Notes: a model not told the origin generated them from the letters alone. A DNA stretch of 9,060 nt from Nanobdellota archaeon (GCA_020697515.1 JAIXNB010000027.1:1-9060); one strand, 5' to 3'; positions 1 to 6,442 are shown, numbered from the stretch's first letter. A program made the numbers and translations.

Positions 1-837
1 ACTCATCCCAAATTTATCTGCAATACCCTTCTTAACAAATTTTTTTGCAAGTTTTTTGGCTTTCTGAGCAAGACCTTCAGCAATAACCAAAGCCATACCA
101 CCCCTAATTCTATTAGTTTCTATCCTAGGAAGATCCTTATACGCCGATACTTCTGCATCCTCAGTAGGCTCTCCAGTGACTTCTATTGGAAGATGCTTAA
201 GTAAAAACTCTAACTCTTCTTTTTTAGGAGTATACTGCAAACTTTTGACTCTTTTATAATCATAGATCTCAATTATATACCTCTGTATCTCCTCCTCAGA
301 TGGGTCCCATGTTTCAAACCCAAATTTCCTTCTTAGATAATCTGCTATTACTACAGAAAATGATGCGGGAGTACCTCCTGCGGATCTTACGGGGCCAGCA
401 TAATAGACTGCTATATACTCTTTCCCATCCCTTCTTTTCTTTGCAATAACTTTAACTATACCTTCAGTAGGTGCTGCAACAACACCCAAGGTATGGTACG
501 CGAATCCTGCTCTTAAACCCAGATCGATAGATTTAACTTTATCCTTGGTCCTTTTATAGACTTCTTTTGCAGTATATTCAGATATTTTTAGGATTGTTGA
601 AAGTTGTAGAGGTCCGTACTCTCTTTCTATTTCCCTTATTGCTTTTGGAAGATTTATTTCTAAAATAATTGGATCTACTATAGATAAAATATTTTGCACT
701 CTATCTGCCATGTCTTCAGATATAGGTATTTCAATATCTGGTTCGGGATCCAGACATTTAGATCTGGCTTTACGAGCTATTTCATAAGCCTCTAAGGTTT
801 TTTTCTTTAATTCCTTGAAATAATCATCAATATCCAT
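1..837 (-). CDS. polC: DNA polymerase II (PolD) large subunit DP2, N-terminal 279 codons; the gene continues past the left edge
   Basis: My translation of the minus strand from the ATG at 837-835 gives MDIDDYFKELKKKTLEAYEIARKARSKCLDPEPDIEIPISEDMADRVQNILSIV...GVVAAPTEGIVKVIAKKRRDGKEYIAVYYAGPVRSAGGTPAS. The frame stays open to base 1 (837 = 279 codons). The motifs DP-x-x-D-[IV]-EIP, DMA-x-RV, AP-x-EGI and AGP[IV]RS[AS]GGT match the N-terminus of archaeal DP2 as I recall it from Pyrococcus. It is absent from the ORF track because it is cut by the edge. Confidence 0.9.
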   Translation of the reverse strand, partial: MDIDDYFKELKKKTLEAYEIARKARSKCLDPEPDIEIPISEDMADRVQNILSIVDPIILEINLPKAIREIEREYGPLQLSTILKISEYTAKEVYKRTKDKVKSIDLGLRAGFAYHTLGVVAAPTEGIVKVIAKKRRDGKEYIAVYYAGPVRSAGGTPASFSVVIADYLRRKFGFETWDPSEEEIQRYIIEIYDYKRVKSLQYTPKKEELEFLLKHLPIEVTGEPTEDAEVSAYKDLPRIETNRIRGGMALVIAEGLAQKAKKLAKKFVKKGIADKFGMS

Positions 838-861
838 ATTTTTTATTCATTAGAAAATACA

Positions 862-870
862 TTTATATAT
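862..870 (-). promoter_or_regulatory. TATA-box candidate for polC
   Basis: TTTATATAT on the + strand reads ATATATAAA on the - strand. It lies 25-33 nt upstream of the polC ATG at 837. Three other genes in the window show the same spacing. Confidence 0.4.
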
Positions 871-971
871 CATAAATCCTTATTAAAACGTTATAATAAT
901 GTTGCGAATAGATAAAATAAGATAAACCTCAATCAAATAATTTTATAATATCTTTAAATAAGGTCTAAATC

Positions 972-1799
972 CTATGGAGTTATAATTATAAAGAGTTCGT
1001 TTTTTGTTTCAAACTCTTTTTGGATTTTAAGTCCTAAATCCTTTACAAGCCGATACATCCACGGCCTCCAAGCTCTACCCAACCTTCGTCTTCCGCTTAA
1101 ACTTTGTAAAGGGAAGCTAACAACTAGATAATCAAAATTTAACTCAGAAATTAGTTTCGCAGTGTATCCAGGGTTGTACTTTTCAATAATTGGGATTGTT
1201 TTCCACAGAAATATATATTGATAAAATTTAAAAAGCTCATTGGATGGTTCAAATACATCCATCTCGTATCCATATGATTCTATGGATATCTGTTCCAAAA
1301 TATATTCATTTATCATTAATATATCTGGAGATATATCCACGAAGAAATGAGCTTTTGGCTTGTACTTCGAAAGATATATTGACACAGGATTTATTCCGGA
1401 AGCTATATCTATTATCTCTTTAGGTATCTCTAAAAAAATATTATCATATATTTCACTGTAAAAATTTAGTCTTTCTTTCGTAGACCTAGACATCCTGAGA
1501 ATATCGATTACCTTTTGTTTAAGAGGAATGTTGCTTTCCAAAATTTTCCATATTTTTTTAATATCTTTTGGTGCAAAAACTCCATAAATCTCATGCAGCA
1601 TCTTTCTAATTTCCTTAAAAAAGTAAAGAAACTCTCTATTTCTTTTCAAATCCCGAATGCTACTAGCATTTTTTATTATCTTTAGCAGATGCGGCCTTTT
1701 CCCTAATTCTTTTATAACTAACTTTTGAACAAACTTATCTGATATGTTAGTTAGCTCTCTTTTCTTCTTAATTTCTTGAACTACTTCCTGGATCTCCAT
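972..1799 (-). CDS. SAM-dependent methyltransferase homologous to the Rmt/Arm/FmrO family (16S rRNA guanine1405-N7 methyltransferase type)
   Basis: 275-aa ORF with an ATG start at 1799-1797. The motifs STKERL, DIASGINPVSIY, VVSFPLQSLSGRRRLG and NELFII line up with my recollection of RmtB (STKERL, DIACGLNPLALY, AVSFPTRSLGGRGKG, TELIYLI). The N-terminal EIRKMLHEIYGVF resembles RmtB ARTRLHGICGAYV. The start overlaps the upstream E1-like gene by 19 nt. Confidence 0.7.
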   Translation of the reverse strand: MEIQEVVQEIKKKRELTNISDKFVQKLVIKELGKRPHLLKIIKNASSIRDLKRNREFLYFFKEIRKMLHEIYGVFAPKDIKKIWKILESNIPLKQKVIDILRMSRSTKERLNFYSEIYDNIFLEIPKEIIDIASGINPVSIYLSKYKPKAHFFVDISPDILMINEYILEQISIESYGYEMDVFEPSNELFKFYQYIFLWKTIPIIEKYNPGYTAKLISELNFDYLVVSFPLQSLSGRRRLGRAWRPWMYRLVKDLGLKIQKEFETKNELFIIITP

Positions 1800-2509
1800 T
1801 TTATATATTCAAATTTTTTACCCATGCAAATGGGACAATTCTCTCTTCTTTTGATTTTTATTCTTTCCAGTTTAAAGGTCTCTAGGTTAAAGTAATATAA
1901 AAATGGATCTATTTTTCCTTCCAAAAAATTAAGGAATAGTCTAAGCTGCAATGATACAACTAATAGTACCGATCCACTAAAAACTCCATGTTTTTCACTT
2001 ATTATCCCCTCCTCTTTCTTTCCAAATACATCATAAAAACAGAAAAGCCTCGGATGTATTAAAGCTGCATATCCCATAAATCGCGCAACTGATCCGAATA
2101 TCCATGGTTTTCCAGTAATTATAGAAGCTTCGTTTATTACGTATCTAGCTTTTAGATTATCAGTAGCATCAAAAAGTATATCTACATTAGCTAATATATC
2201 CAATGCGTTTTTCTCGTTAAATTCATAGTATTTTATTATTTCTACTTCTGAATTAGCCCTCTTTAGTTTGTCAAATGAAACATCTACTTTGTACTTTCCT
2301 ATATCCTCTTCATCATAAAATTGCCTATGTAAATCTGGTAAATCTACTGTAGAATTATCTATAATAATTATTTTTTTTACCCCTATTCGTACAAGCATTT
2401 GGGACAACCAGGAACCTATCCCTCCAAGCCCAACAACAGCTACAGATACTTTATGAATTTCCTCATCTAAATTACCAAGCACTAATTTCTGTCTAATGTA
2501 TTTATCCAT
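1781..2509 (-). CDS. ThiF/MoeB/HesA-family E1-like adenylyltransferase, short form without the catalytic cysteine
   Basis: Rossmann motif VGLGGIGS; HRQ and GKYK nucleotide-binding residues; DATDNLKARY (the MoeB DxxDN..R motif); C-terminal CPIC. The ORF track starts at a TTG at 2518 (MFLMDKY). I prefer the ATG at 2509-2507 (MDKYIRQ). The stop is at 1783-1781. The gene begins 14-23 nt after the cdc48 stop. Confidence 0.85.
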   Translation of the reverse strand: MDKYIRQKLVLGNLDEEIHKVSVAVVGLGGIGSWLSQMLVRIGVKKIIIIDNSTVDLPDLHRQFYDEEDIGKYKVDVSFDKLKRANSEVEIIKYYEFNEKNALDILANVDILFDATDNLKARYVINEASIITGKPWIFGSVARFMGYAALIHPRLFCFYDVFGKKEEGIISEKHGVFSGSVLLVVSLQLRLFLNFLEGKIDPFLYYFNLETFKLERIKIKRRENCPICMGKKFEYIKWRSRK

Positions 2510-2532
2510 TAAAAACAAAAAATAAGATCGGC

Positions 2533-4938
2533 CTAACCATAATATCTATGTCTAATGTCTTTTATTTCTCTACCTCTCCCTAACCCTTTCTTAAAGCTAT
2601 CCTCAAATTGTTTATAAAATTCTATCATATCTTTAGTTATAGAAGGTCTTACTTTTTGCATAGCTTTCTCAAAATGCTCTTTCCTAACTTTTATATCCAT
2701 ATTCTCTAGTTCTTTCATTATATCTCCCTCCGTACCACCCTTCTCTTTGGCTTTCTCATAGGCTTCTCTTAACGCAATCATAGCAGCTTCTCTAACTAAT
2801 GCTTCTAGGTCGGCACCAGAATACCCCTCAGTTTTCCTAGCTATTTCTTCTAAATCTACATCATCTGCTAATGGAACATTTCTTGTATGTATCTTTAGGA
2901 TCTCTAGTCTAGCTTTTTCATCTGGAGGTGGTACGTATATAACTCTATCAAATCTCCCAGGCCTCAACAAAGCTGGGTCGAGTATATCAGGTCTGTTAGT
3001 TGCGGCAATTACTACCACATCTCCTCTAGAAGTTATCCCATCTAATTCTGTTAATAGCTGATTTACAACTCTATCCAAAGCCCCAGAATCTGAATACATC
3101 CCCCTTTTAGGAGCAATGGCATCTATTTCATCAAAGAATATAACAGTTGGGGAAACTTGTCTAGCTTTTCTAAATATCTCCCTAATTATTCTCTCAGACT
3201 CACCGAACCATTTTGATAGCGCTTCTGGACCCTTAATAGCAATAAAGTTGGCCCCTGATTCTGTTGCAACAGCTTTAGCTAATAAAGTTTTACCTGTACC
3301 TGGTGGCCCATAGAGTAATATTCCTTTAGGTGGCTGTATTCCTATCTTTTTGAATATATTTCTATACTTTAATGGCCATTCTACAGATTCTTTTAACTCC
3401 TGTTTAACTTCATCTAAGCCACCAATATCGTCCCATCTTATTTTTGGCACCTCAACTAATACCTCTCTCATTGCAGATGGTGGTACTACCTTTAAAGCTT
3501 CCATAAAGTCTTCTTCAGTAACAACTAATTTCTCCAAAACTTCCGCGGGTAAAGGTCTGTCTTCATATCTCTCAATATCTGGTATTATCCTTCTTATAGC
3601 GTTCATAGCCGCCTCTTTTACCAAAGCAGCTAAATCAGCTCCTACAAAACCATGAGTTGCAGAAGCTATTTTTCTTAACAACTGCTCTTTTTCTTTTTCA
3701 TCTAGTAAAACATATCTTTCTTTACCATTTTCTACAACTCTCTTTCCCAGGGGTACTCTTCGTGTGTGTACCTTTAGAATCTCATATCTAGCTTCTTCGT
3801 TTGGAACTGGAACTTCTATCTCTCTATCAAACCTACCAGGTCTTCTTAAGGCAGGATCTACAGCATTTGGTCTATTTGTAGCTGCTATAATAATAACTCT
3901 TCCTCTTTCTTTTAGACCATCCATTAAAGTTAATAATTGAGCCACTAATCTTCTCTCCACCTCTCCAACCGCTTCATCTCTTTTCGGAGCTATTGCATCA
4001 ATCTCATCTATGAATATAATAGCAGGAGCATTCTTTTTAGCCTCCTCGAATATCTCTCTTAAGCGTTTTTCAGATTCACCTACATATTTACTTACTATTT
4101 CAGGACCATTGATAGCTATGAAATATGCTCCCGCTTCGTTTGCAACAGCTTTAGCTAATAAAGTTTTACCTGTACCTGGTGGCCCATAGAGTAATACTCC
4201 TTTCGGAGGTTCTATTCCAAGCTTTTCAAAGATTTCAGGATGTCTTAAAGGTAATTCTACTAACTCCCTTATCTTTCTAACAACTTCATCCATATCTCCA
4301 ATATCTTCATATGTTACATCTGGGATATCCTCTCTAATCTCAACAGCTTGTGGCAATACTTCTACTTCAGTAGCTTCTGTTACAATAACAGGCCCCTTTG
4401 GAATAGTATTTACTACTGTTAGCTTTAGTTCAGGTCCATACCCGAATGAGAAAAATTCATCAACCACTGAAAAGAATTCGTCAAATAAAGGATCATAACT
4501 CCTCCTTCTTCTTTGGTAGAATGGTGTAACAACAACTAGATCCCCCTTCACAAATGGCCTTCCAATTAACATTCTATGAACAGTTTCTGGAGGAATATGT
4601 AGGACTATTCCTTTTTGGGCGGGGGCTAGGACCACTTTTTGAGCTTCCTTAACATTAGCTCTTCTTACAGTAACATATGATCCGATAGAGGCCCCGGCAT
4701 TTCTTCTAATTATACCATCCATTCTTATAACACCTAATCCAATATCCTCAGGATATGCAGATTCAACAATGGCAACGGTTTTTCTCCTACCTTCAATTTC
4801 TACTACATCTCCAGGTTTAACACCAATCTTCCTCATAGATTCTGAATCTATCCTTACAATACCACGATAAACATCATCTTGACGTGCTTCCGCAACACGT
4901 AAACGTATCTCTGGGACATTTTCACCACCTTTTACCAT
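2533..4938 (-). CDS. cdc48: Cdc48/VAT/p97-type AAA+ ATPase (N domain plus D1 and D2 rings)
   Basis: 801 aa. The N-terminal double-psi-barrel-like segment is IRLRVAEA...[12 protein letters not shown]. There are two Walker A motifs (GPPGTGKT) and two Walker B motifs ([14 protein letters not shown] and [14 protein letters not shown]). Aromatic pore loops are present in both rings ([14 protein letters not shown]). SRH arginines are present ([18 protein letters not shown]). The C-terminus ...RHRYYG is HbYX-like. Confidence 0.97.
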   Translation of the reverse strand: MVKGGENVPEIRLRVAEARQDDVYRGIVRIDSESMRKIGVKPGDVVEIEGRRKTVAIVESAYPEDIGLGVIRMDGIIRRNAGASIGSYVTVRRANVKEAQKVVLAPAQKGIVLHIPPETVHRMLIGRPFVKGDLVVVTPFYQRRRRSYDPLFDEFFSVVDEFFSFGYGPELKLTVVNTIPKGPVIVTEATEVEVLPQAVEIREDIPDVTYEDIGDMDEVVRKIRELVELPLRHPEIFEKLGIEPPKGVLLYGPPGTGKTLLAKAVANEAGAYFIAINGPEIVSKYVGESEKRLREIFEEAKKNAPAIIFIDEIDAIAPKRDEAVGEVERRLVAQLLTLMDGLKERGRVIIIAATNRPNAVDPALRRPGRFDREIEVPVPNEEARYEILKVHTRRVPLGKRVVENGKERYVLLDEKEKEQLLRKIASATHGFVGADLAALVKEAAMNAIRRIIPDIERYEDRPLPAEVLEKLVVTEEDFMEALKVVPPSAMREVLVEVPKIRWDDIGGLDEVKQELKESVEWPLKYRNIFKKIGIQPPKGILLYGPPGTGKTLLAKAVATESGANFIAIKGPEALSKWFGESERIIREIFRKARQVSPTVIFFDEIDAIAPKRGMYSDSGALDRVVNQLLTELDGITSRGDVVVIAATNRPDILDPALLRPGRFDRVIYVPPPDEKARLEILKIHTRNVPLADDVDLEEIARKTEGYSGADLEALVREAAMIALREAYEKAKEKGGTEGDIMKELENMDIKVRKEHFEKAMQKVRPSITKDMIEFYKQFEDSFKKGLGRGREIKDIRHRYYG
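2536..2544 (-). other. C-terminal HbYX-like tripeptide (Tyr-Tyr-Gly) of Cdc48
   Basis: The last three codons before the stop read TAT TAT GGT. Archaeal Cdc48/VAT and PAN use a C-terminal hydrophobic-Tyr-X tail to dock on the 20S proteasome. VAT ends in LYL as I recall. Confidence 0.55.
3264..3320 (-). repeat. Copy 1 (D2 Walker A region) of a 57-nt exact direct repeat inside cdc48
   Basis: TTGCAACAGCTTTAGCTAATAAAGTTTTACCTGTACCTGGTGGCCCATAGAGTAATA is identical base for base to 4140-4196. The offset is 876 nt (292 codons, in frame). Confidence 0.95.
4140..4196 (-). repeat. Copy 2 (D1 Walker A region) of the 57-nt exact direct repeat inside cdc48
   Basis: Same 57-mer as 3264-3320. Both copies encode [18 protein letters not shown] with identical synonymous codon choices. 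Confidence 0.95.
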
Positions 4939-4955
4939 AATATAGAGTTTTTAAG

Positions 4956-4969
4956 AAAAATATATATAT
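4956..4969 (-). promoter_or_regulatory. TATA-box candidate for cdc48
   Basis: AAAAATATATATAT on the + strand. Its centre lies about 26 nt upstream of the cdc48 ATG at 4938. This implies a leaderless or very short-leader mRNA. Confidence 0.45.
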
Positions 4970-4985
4970 CATTGCTACTGTAAGG

Positions 4986-4993
4986 TTTTATAA
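4986..4993 (+). promoter_or_regulatory. TATA-box candidate for the PRC-barrel gene
   Basis: TTTTATAA is centred about 27 nt upstream of the ATG at 5017. It shares the 78-bp divergent intergenic region with the cdc48 promoter. Confidence 0.45.
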
Positions 4994-5016
4994 ACTATAA
5001 AGAGGCTAACTTAATA

Positions 5017-5280
5017 ATGGGCTTAAACTTAAGGAAATTAACTGAAATTTACAACCTAAAAGTTTACACAGAAGATGGTATGTATCTGGGAGATGTCGAA
5101 GATGTGTTAATTTCCGAAAACAAAATATATGGTTGGAAAATAAGGGTGAGTGATCCAGAATTATTGAAAAGAGGTGCAAAGGGATTGATAATACAACACC
5201 AATTAGTTAAAGCTATAGGCCAAATAATGATCGTTTCTAGAATAGCATACCCTGTTAAAAAAGAGGAGGAAGCAGCATAA
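5017..5280 (+). CDS. PRC-barrel domain protein (small stand-alone archaeal type)
   Basis: 87 aa. The pattern L..KVYTEDGMYLGDVEDVLISENKIYGWKI...LIIQHQLVKAIGQIMIV fits the PRC-barrel signature: G..LG.V.D...D, a bridging strand, then a late hydrophobic strand. The tail is acidic. The fully overlapping antisense ORF 5064-5327 is low-complexity and was rejected. Confidence 0.8.
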   Translation: MGLNLRKLTEIYNLKVYTEDGMYLGDVEDVLISENKIYGWKIRVSDPELLKRGAKGLIIQHQLVKAIGQIMIVSRIAYPVKKEEEAA

Positions 5281-5295
5281 AGTAGTATTAACATA

Positions 5296-5308
5296 TTTTT
5301 AAAATTTT
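5296..5308 (+). terminator. Oligo-T tract, possible archaeal terminator for the PRC-barrel gene
   Basis: TTTTTAAAATTTT begins 16 nt after the stop codon. Archaeal RNA polymerase terminates at T-runs. Confidence 0.3.
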
Positions 5309-5446
5309 GAATAGAAATAGATAACATAGAAGGTAGTAAAACTAAGGTTTAAACTAAATTAGAAATATTGAAAAAATAATTTTCATCGAAATTTGATTTT
5401 ATGTAATCTAGTTTATACACTCTATAGAGATTATTACAAAATTGGG

Positions 5447-5455
5447 TATATATAA
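5447..5455 (+). promoter_or_regulatory. Orphan TATA-box candidate with no annotated gene downstream
   Basis: TATATATAA lies in the middle of the 511-bp ORF-free gap. About 22-25 nt downstream sit an ATG (5473) and the 5' arm of a perfect hairpin. The spacing resembles the four gene-associated TATA boxes in this window. Confidence 0.3.
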
Positions 5456-5473
5456 CCTTTTGGCTATTGGAGA

Positions 5474-5499
5474 TGTCGGATAACCACAGTTATCCGACA
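5474..5499. promoter_or_regulatory. Perfect 11-bp inverted repeat with a 4-nt spacer (hairpin or dimeric operator site)
   Basis: TGTCGGATAAC (5474-5484), CACA, GTTATCCGACA (5489-5499). The arms are exact reverse complements. This is the most GC-balanced structured element in the gap and sits at the predicted transcription start of the orphan TATA box. Confidence 0.5.
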
Positions 5500-5761
5500 C
5501 ATATCAATAAGTGTGATTAAGAATCAACATCTATTTTACTATTAAATATCATATTTATTTGGGGCAGAGATATATAGTGTATCTTCACAATATTCAATTA
5601 CTTCTGTAGTGTTTTGTTAGATATCAATGAAGCTCCCCTCAAAATTCTTTACTCCGAAAGCCAGACAATAAAGTCAGAGGATGGAAGATCCCTGATATGA
5701 AAGTGATAGAGGGTCGGGACAGTTACTTAAGATTATACATTATCTTGGTTTTAAGTATTAG

Positions 5762-5769
5762 TTTAAATC
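5762..5769 (+). promoter_or_regulatory. TATA-box candidate for marC
   Basis: TTTAAATC is centred about 26 nt upstream of the ATG at 5792. Confidence 0.4.
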
Positions 5770-5791
5770 CAATTATATCAAAAATTATTGT

Positions 5792-6406
5792 ATGGATTAT
5801 ATTCAGGCTTTACTCTCTATGTTTATCCTTCTAGGGGCATTTGGAAATATCTTCGTATTTGAATCTATTCTTGATAGTTTGGGAGTAGCAAAAAAAGATA
5901 TAAGAAGTTTTGCAATTAAAAGAGCATTTTTAATTGCGTATTTAACATGGATTTTAATATTTGTCGCAGGAGTACACATCTTAAAGTTTTTTGGAGTATC
6001 CATAGAATCTTTTAAAGTGGCTGGAGGAATTCTTCTTATGCTAATGGCGTTAGACATCCTGAGAGATAATACTCCAAAAATATCCAACATAAGGCATCAA
6101 GATAGTGAACTAGAGAAAGTAGTAGTGGCTCCTATGGCTGTACCATTACTAACCGGTCCGGGAGTTATTACAATAACACTTCTGTATAGAGCAAAGGTAA
6201 CTAGTTTAATAGAAGATATATACTTATTCACAGTATTTTCTATAGCATTTGTATTGGCCTTTCTTGTGGTATATAATGGAGAAAAAATTGTGAGTAGATT
6301 TGGGAGAACTATGATAATCCTTTTAAATAGATTAATGGGTCTCGTACTATTAACTATAGCAGTAGAACTTATAGTTAATGGAATAAAGCATGCGCTTTTG
6401 ACCTAA
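5792..6406 (+). CDS. marC: MarC/UPF0056-family integral membrane protein
   Basis: 204 aa with about six hydrophobic segments. The family signature is VVAPMAVPLLTGPGVITITLL (consensus PlaiPllaGPGaI). The N-terminal FILLGAFGNIFVF occupies the position of the NPIGNIPIF motif. Confidence 0.8.
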   Translation: MDYIQALLSMFILLGAFGNIFVFESILDSLGVAKKDIRSFAIKRAFLIAYLTWILIFVAGVHILKFFGVSIESFKVAGGILLMLMALDILRDNTPKISNIRHQDSELEKVVVAPMAVPLLTGPGVITITLLYRAKVTSLIEDIYLFTVFSIAFVLAFLVVYNGEKIVSRFGRTMIILLNRLMGLVLLTIAVELIVNGIKHALLT

Positions 6407-6442
6407 GACATAACTTAAGAATGTTACAACCCTAATTATTTA

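Noticed and set aside
3116-3655. Two plus-strand ORFs (3116-3313, 65 aa; 3350-3655, 101 aa) inside cdc48
   Set aside because: Both are antisense to a very well supported AAA+ gene. Their translations are low-complexity (Ser/Thr/Ile-rich) with no motifs. They are typical shadow ORFs.
5064-5327. Minus-strand 87-aa ORF overlapping the PRC-barrel gene
   Set aside because: It overlaps almost entirely a plus-strand ORF that has a recognisable PRC-barrel pattern and a properly spaced TATA box. Its own translation is hydrophobic and low-complexity with no promoter context.
5089-5478. Shared 10-mer GGAGATGTCG at 5089-5098 (inside the PRC-barrel gene) and 5469-5478 (at the hairpin)
   Set aside because: A single 10-nt match within 9 kb is expected many times by chance. 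There is no extended similarity around it.
5561-5638. 78-nt segment bracketed by GGGG...CCCC, which is tRNA-sized
   Set aside because: Only 4 to 6 acceptor-like pairs form. There is no GTTCRA T-loop, no D-loop GG and no anticodon-arm geometry. The AT content is very high, unlike structural RNAs.
5690-5713. CCCTGATATGAAAGTGATAGAGGG resembling a D'-box (CTGA) plus C'-box (TGATAG) K-loop or K-turn
   Set aside because: I tried several registers. The bulged strand never gives stem, then 3 nt, then GA opposite GA-stem. No canonical RUGAUGA C box or terminal CUGA D box occurs at sRNA spacing on either strand. The motif resembles a K-turn but fits no register.
5761-5774. GTTTAAATCC resembling a tRNA T-loop (GTTCAAATCC)
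   Set aside because: The flanking bases cannot form a T-stem, and no acceptor or anticodon arms lie nearby. It is better explained as the marC TATA box.
5697-5834. 45-codon hydrophobic ORF (MKVIEGRDSYLRLYIILVLSISLNPIISKIIVWIIFRLYSLCLSF) overlapping the marC start
   Set aside because: It runs out of frame across the marC TATA box and start codon, and has no promoter of its own at the usual spacing. Hydrophobic translations are expected by chance in T-rich sequence. It was kept only as a remote micro-protein possibility.
5803-6090. Minus-strand 95-aa ORF inside marC
   Set aside because: It is antisense to an ORF carrying the MarC family GPG signature and a six-helix hydrophobicity pattern. 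It has no motifs of its own.
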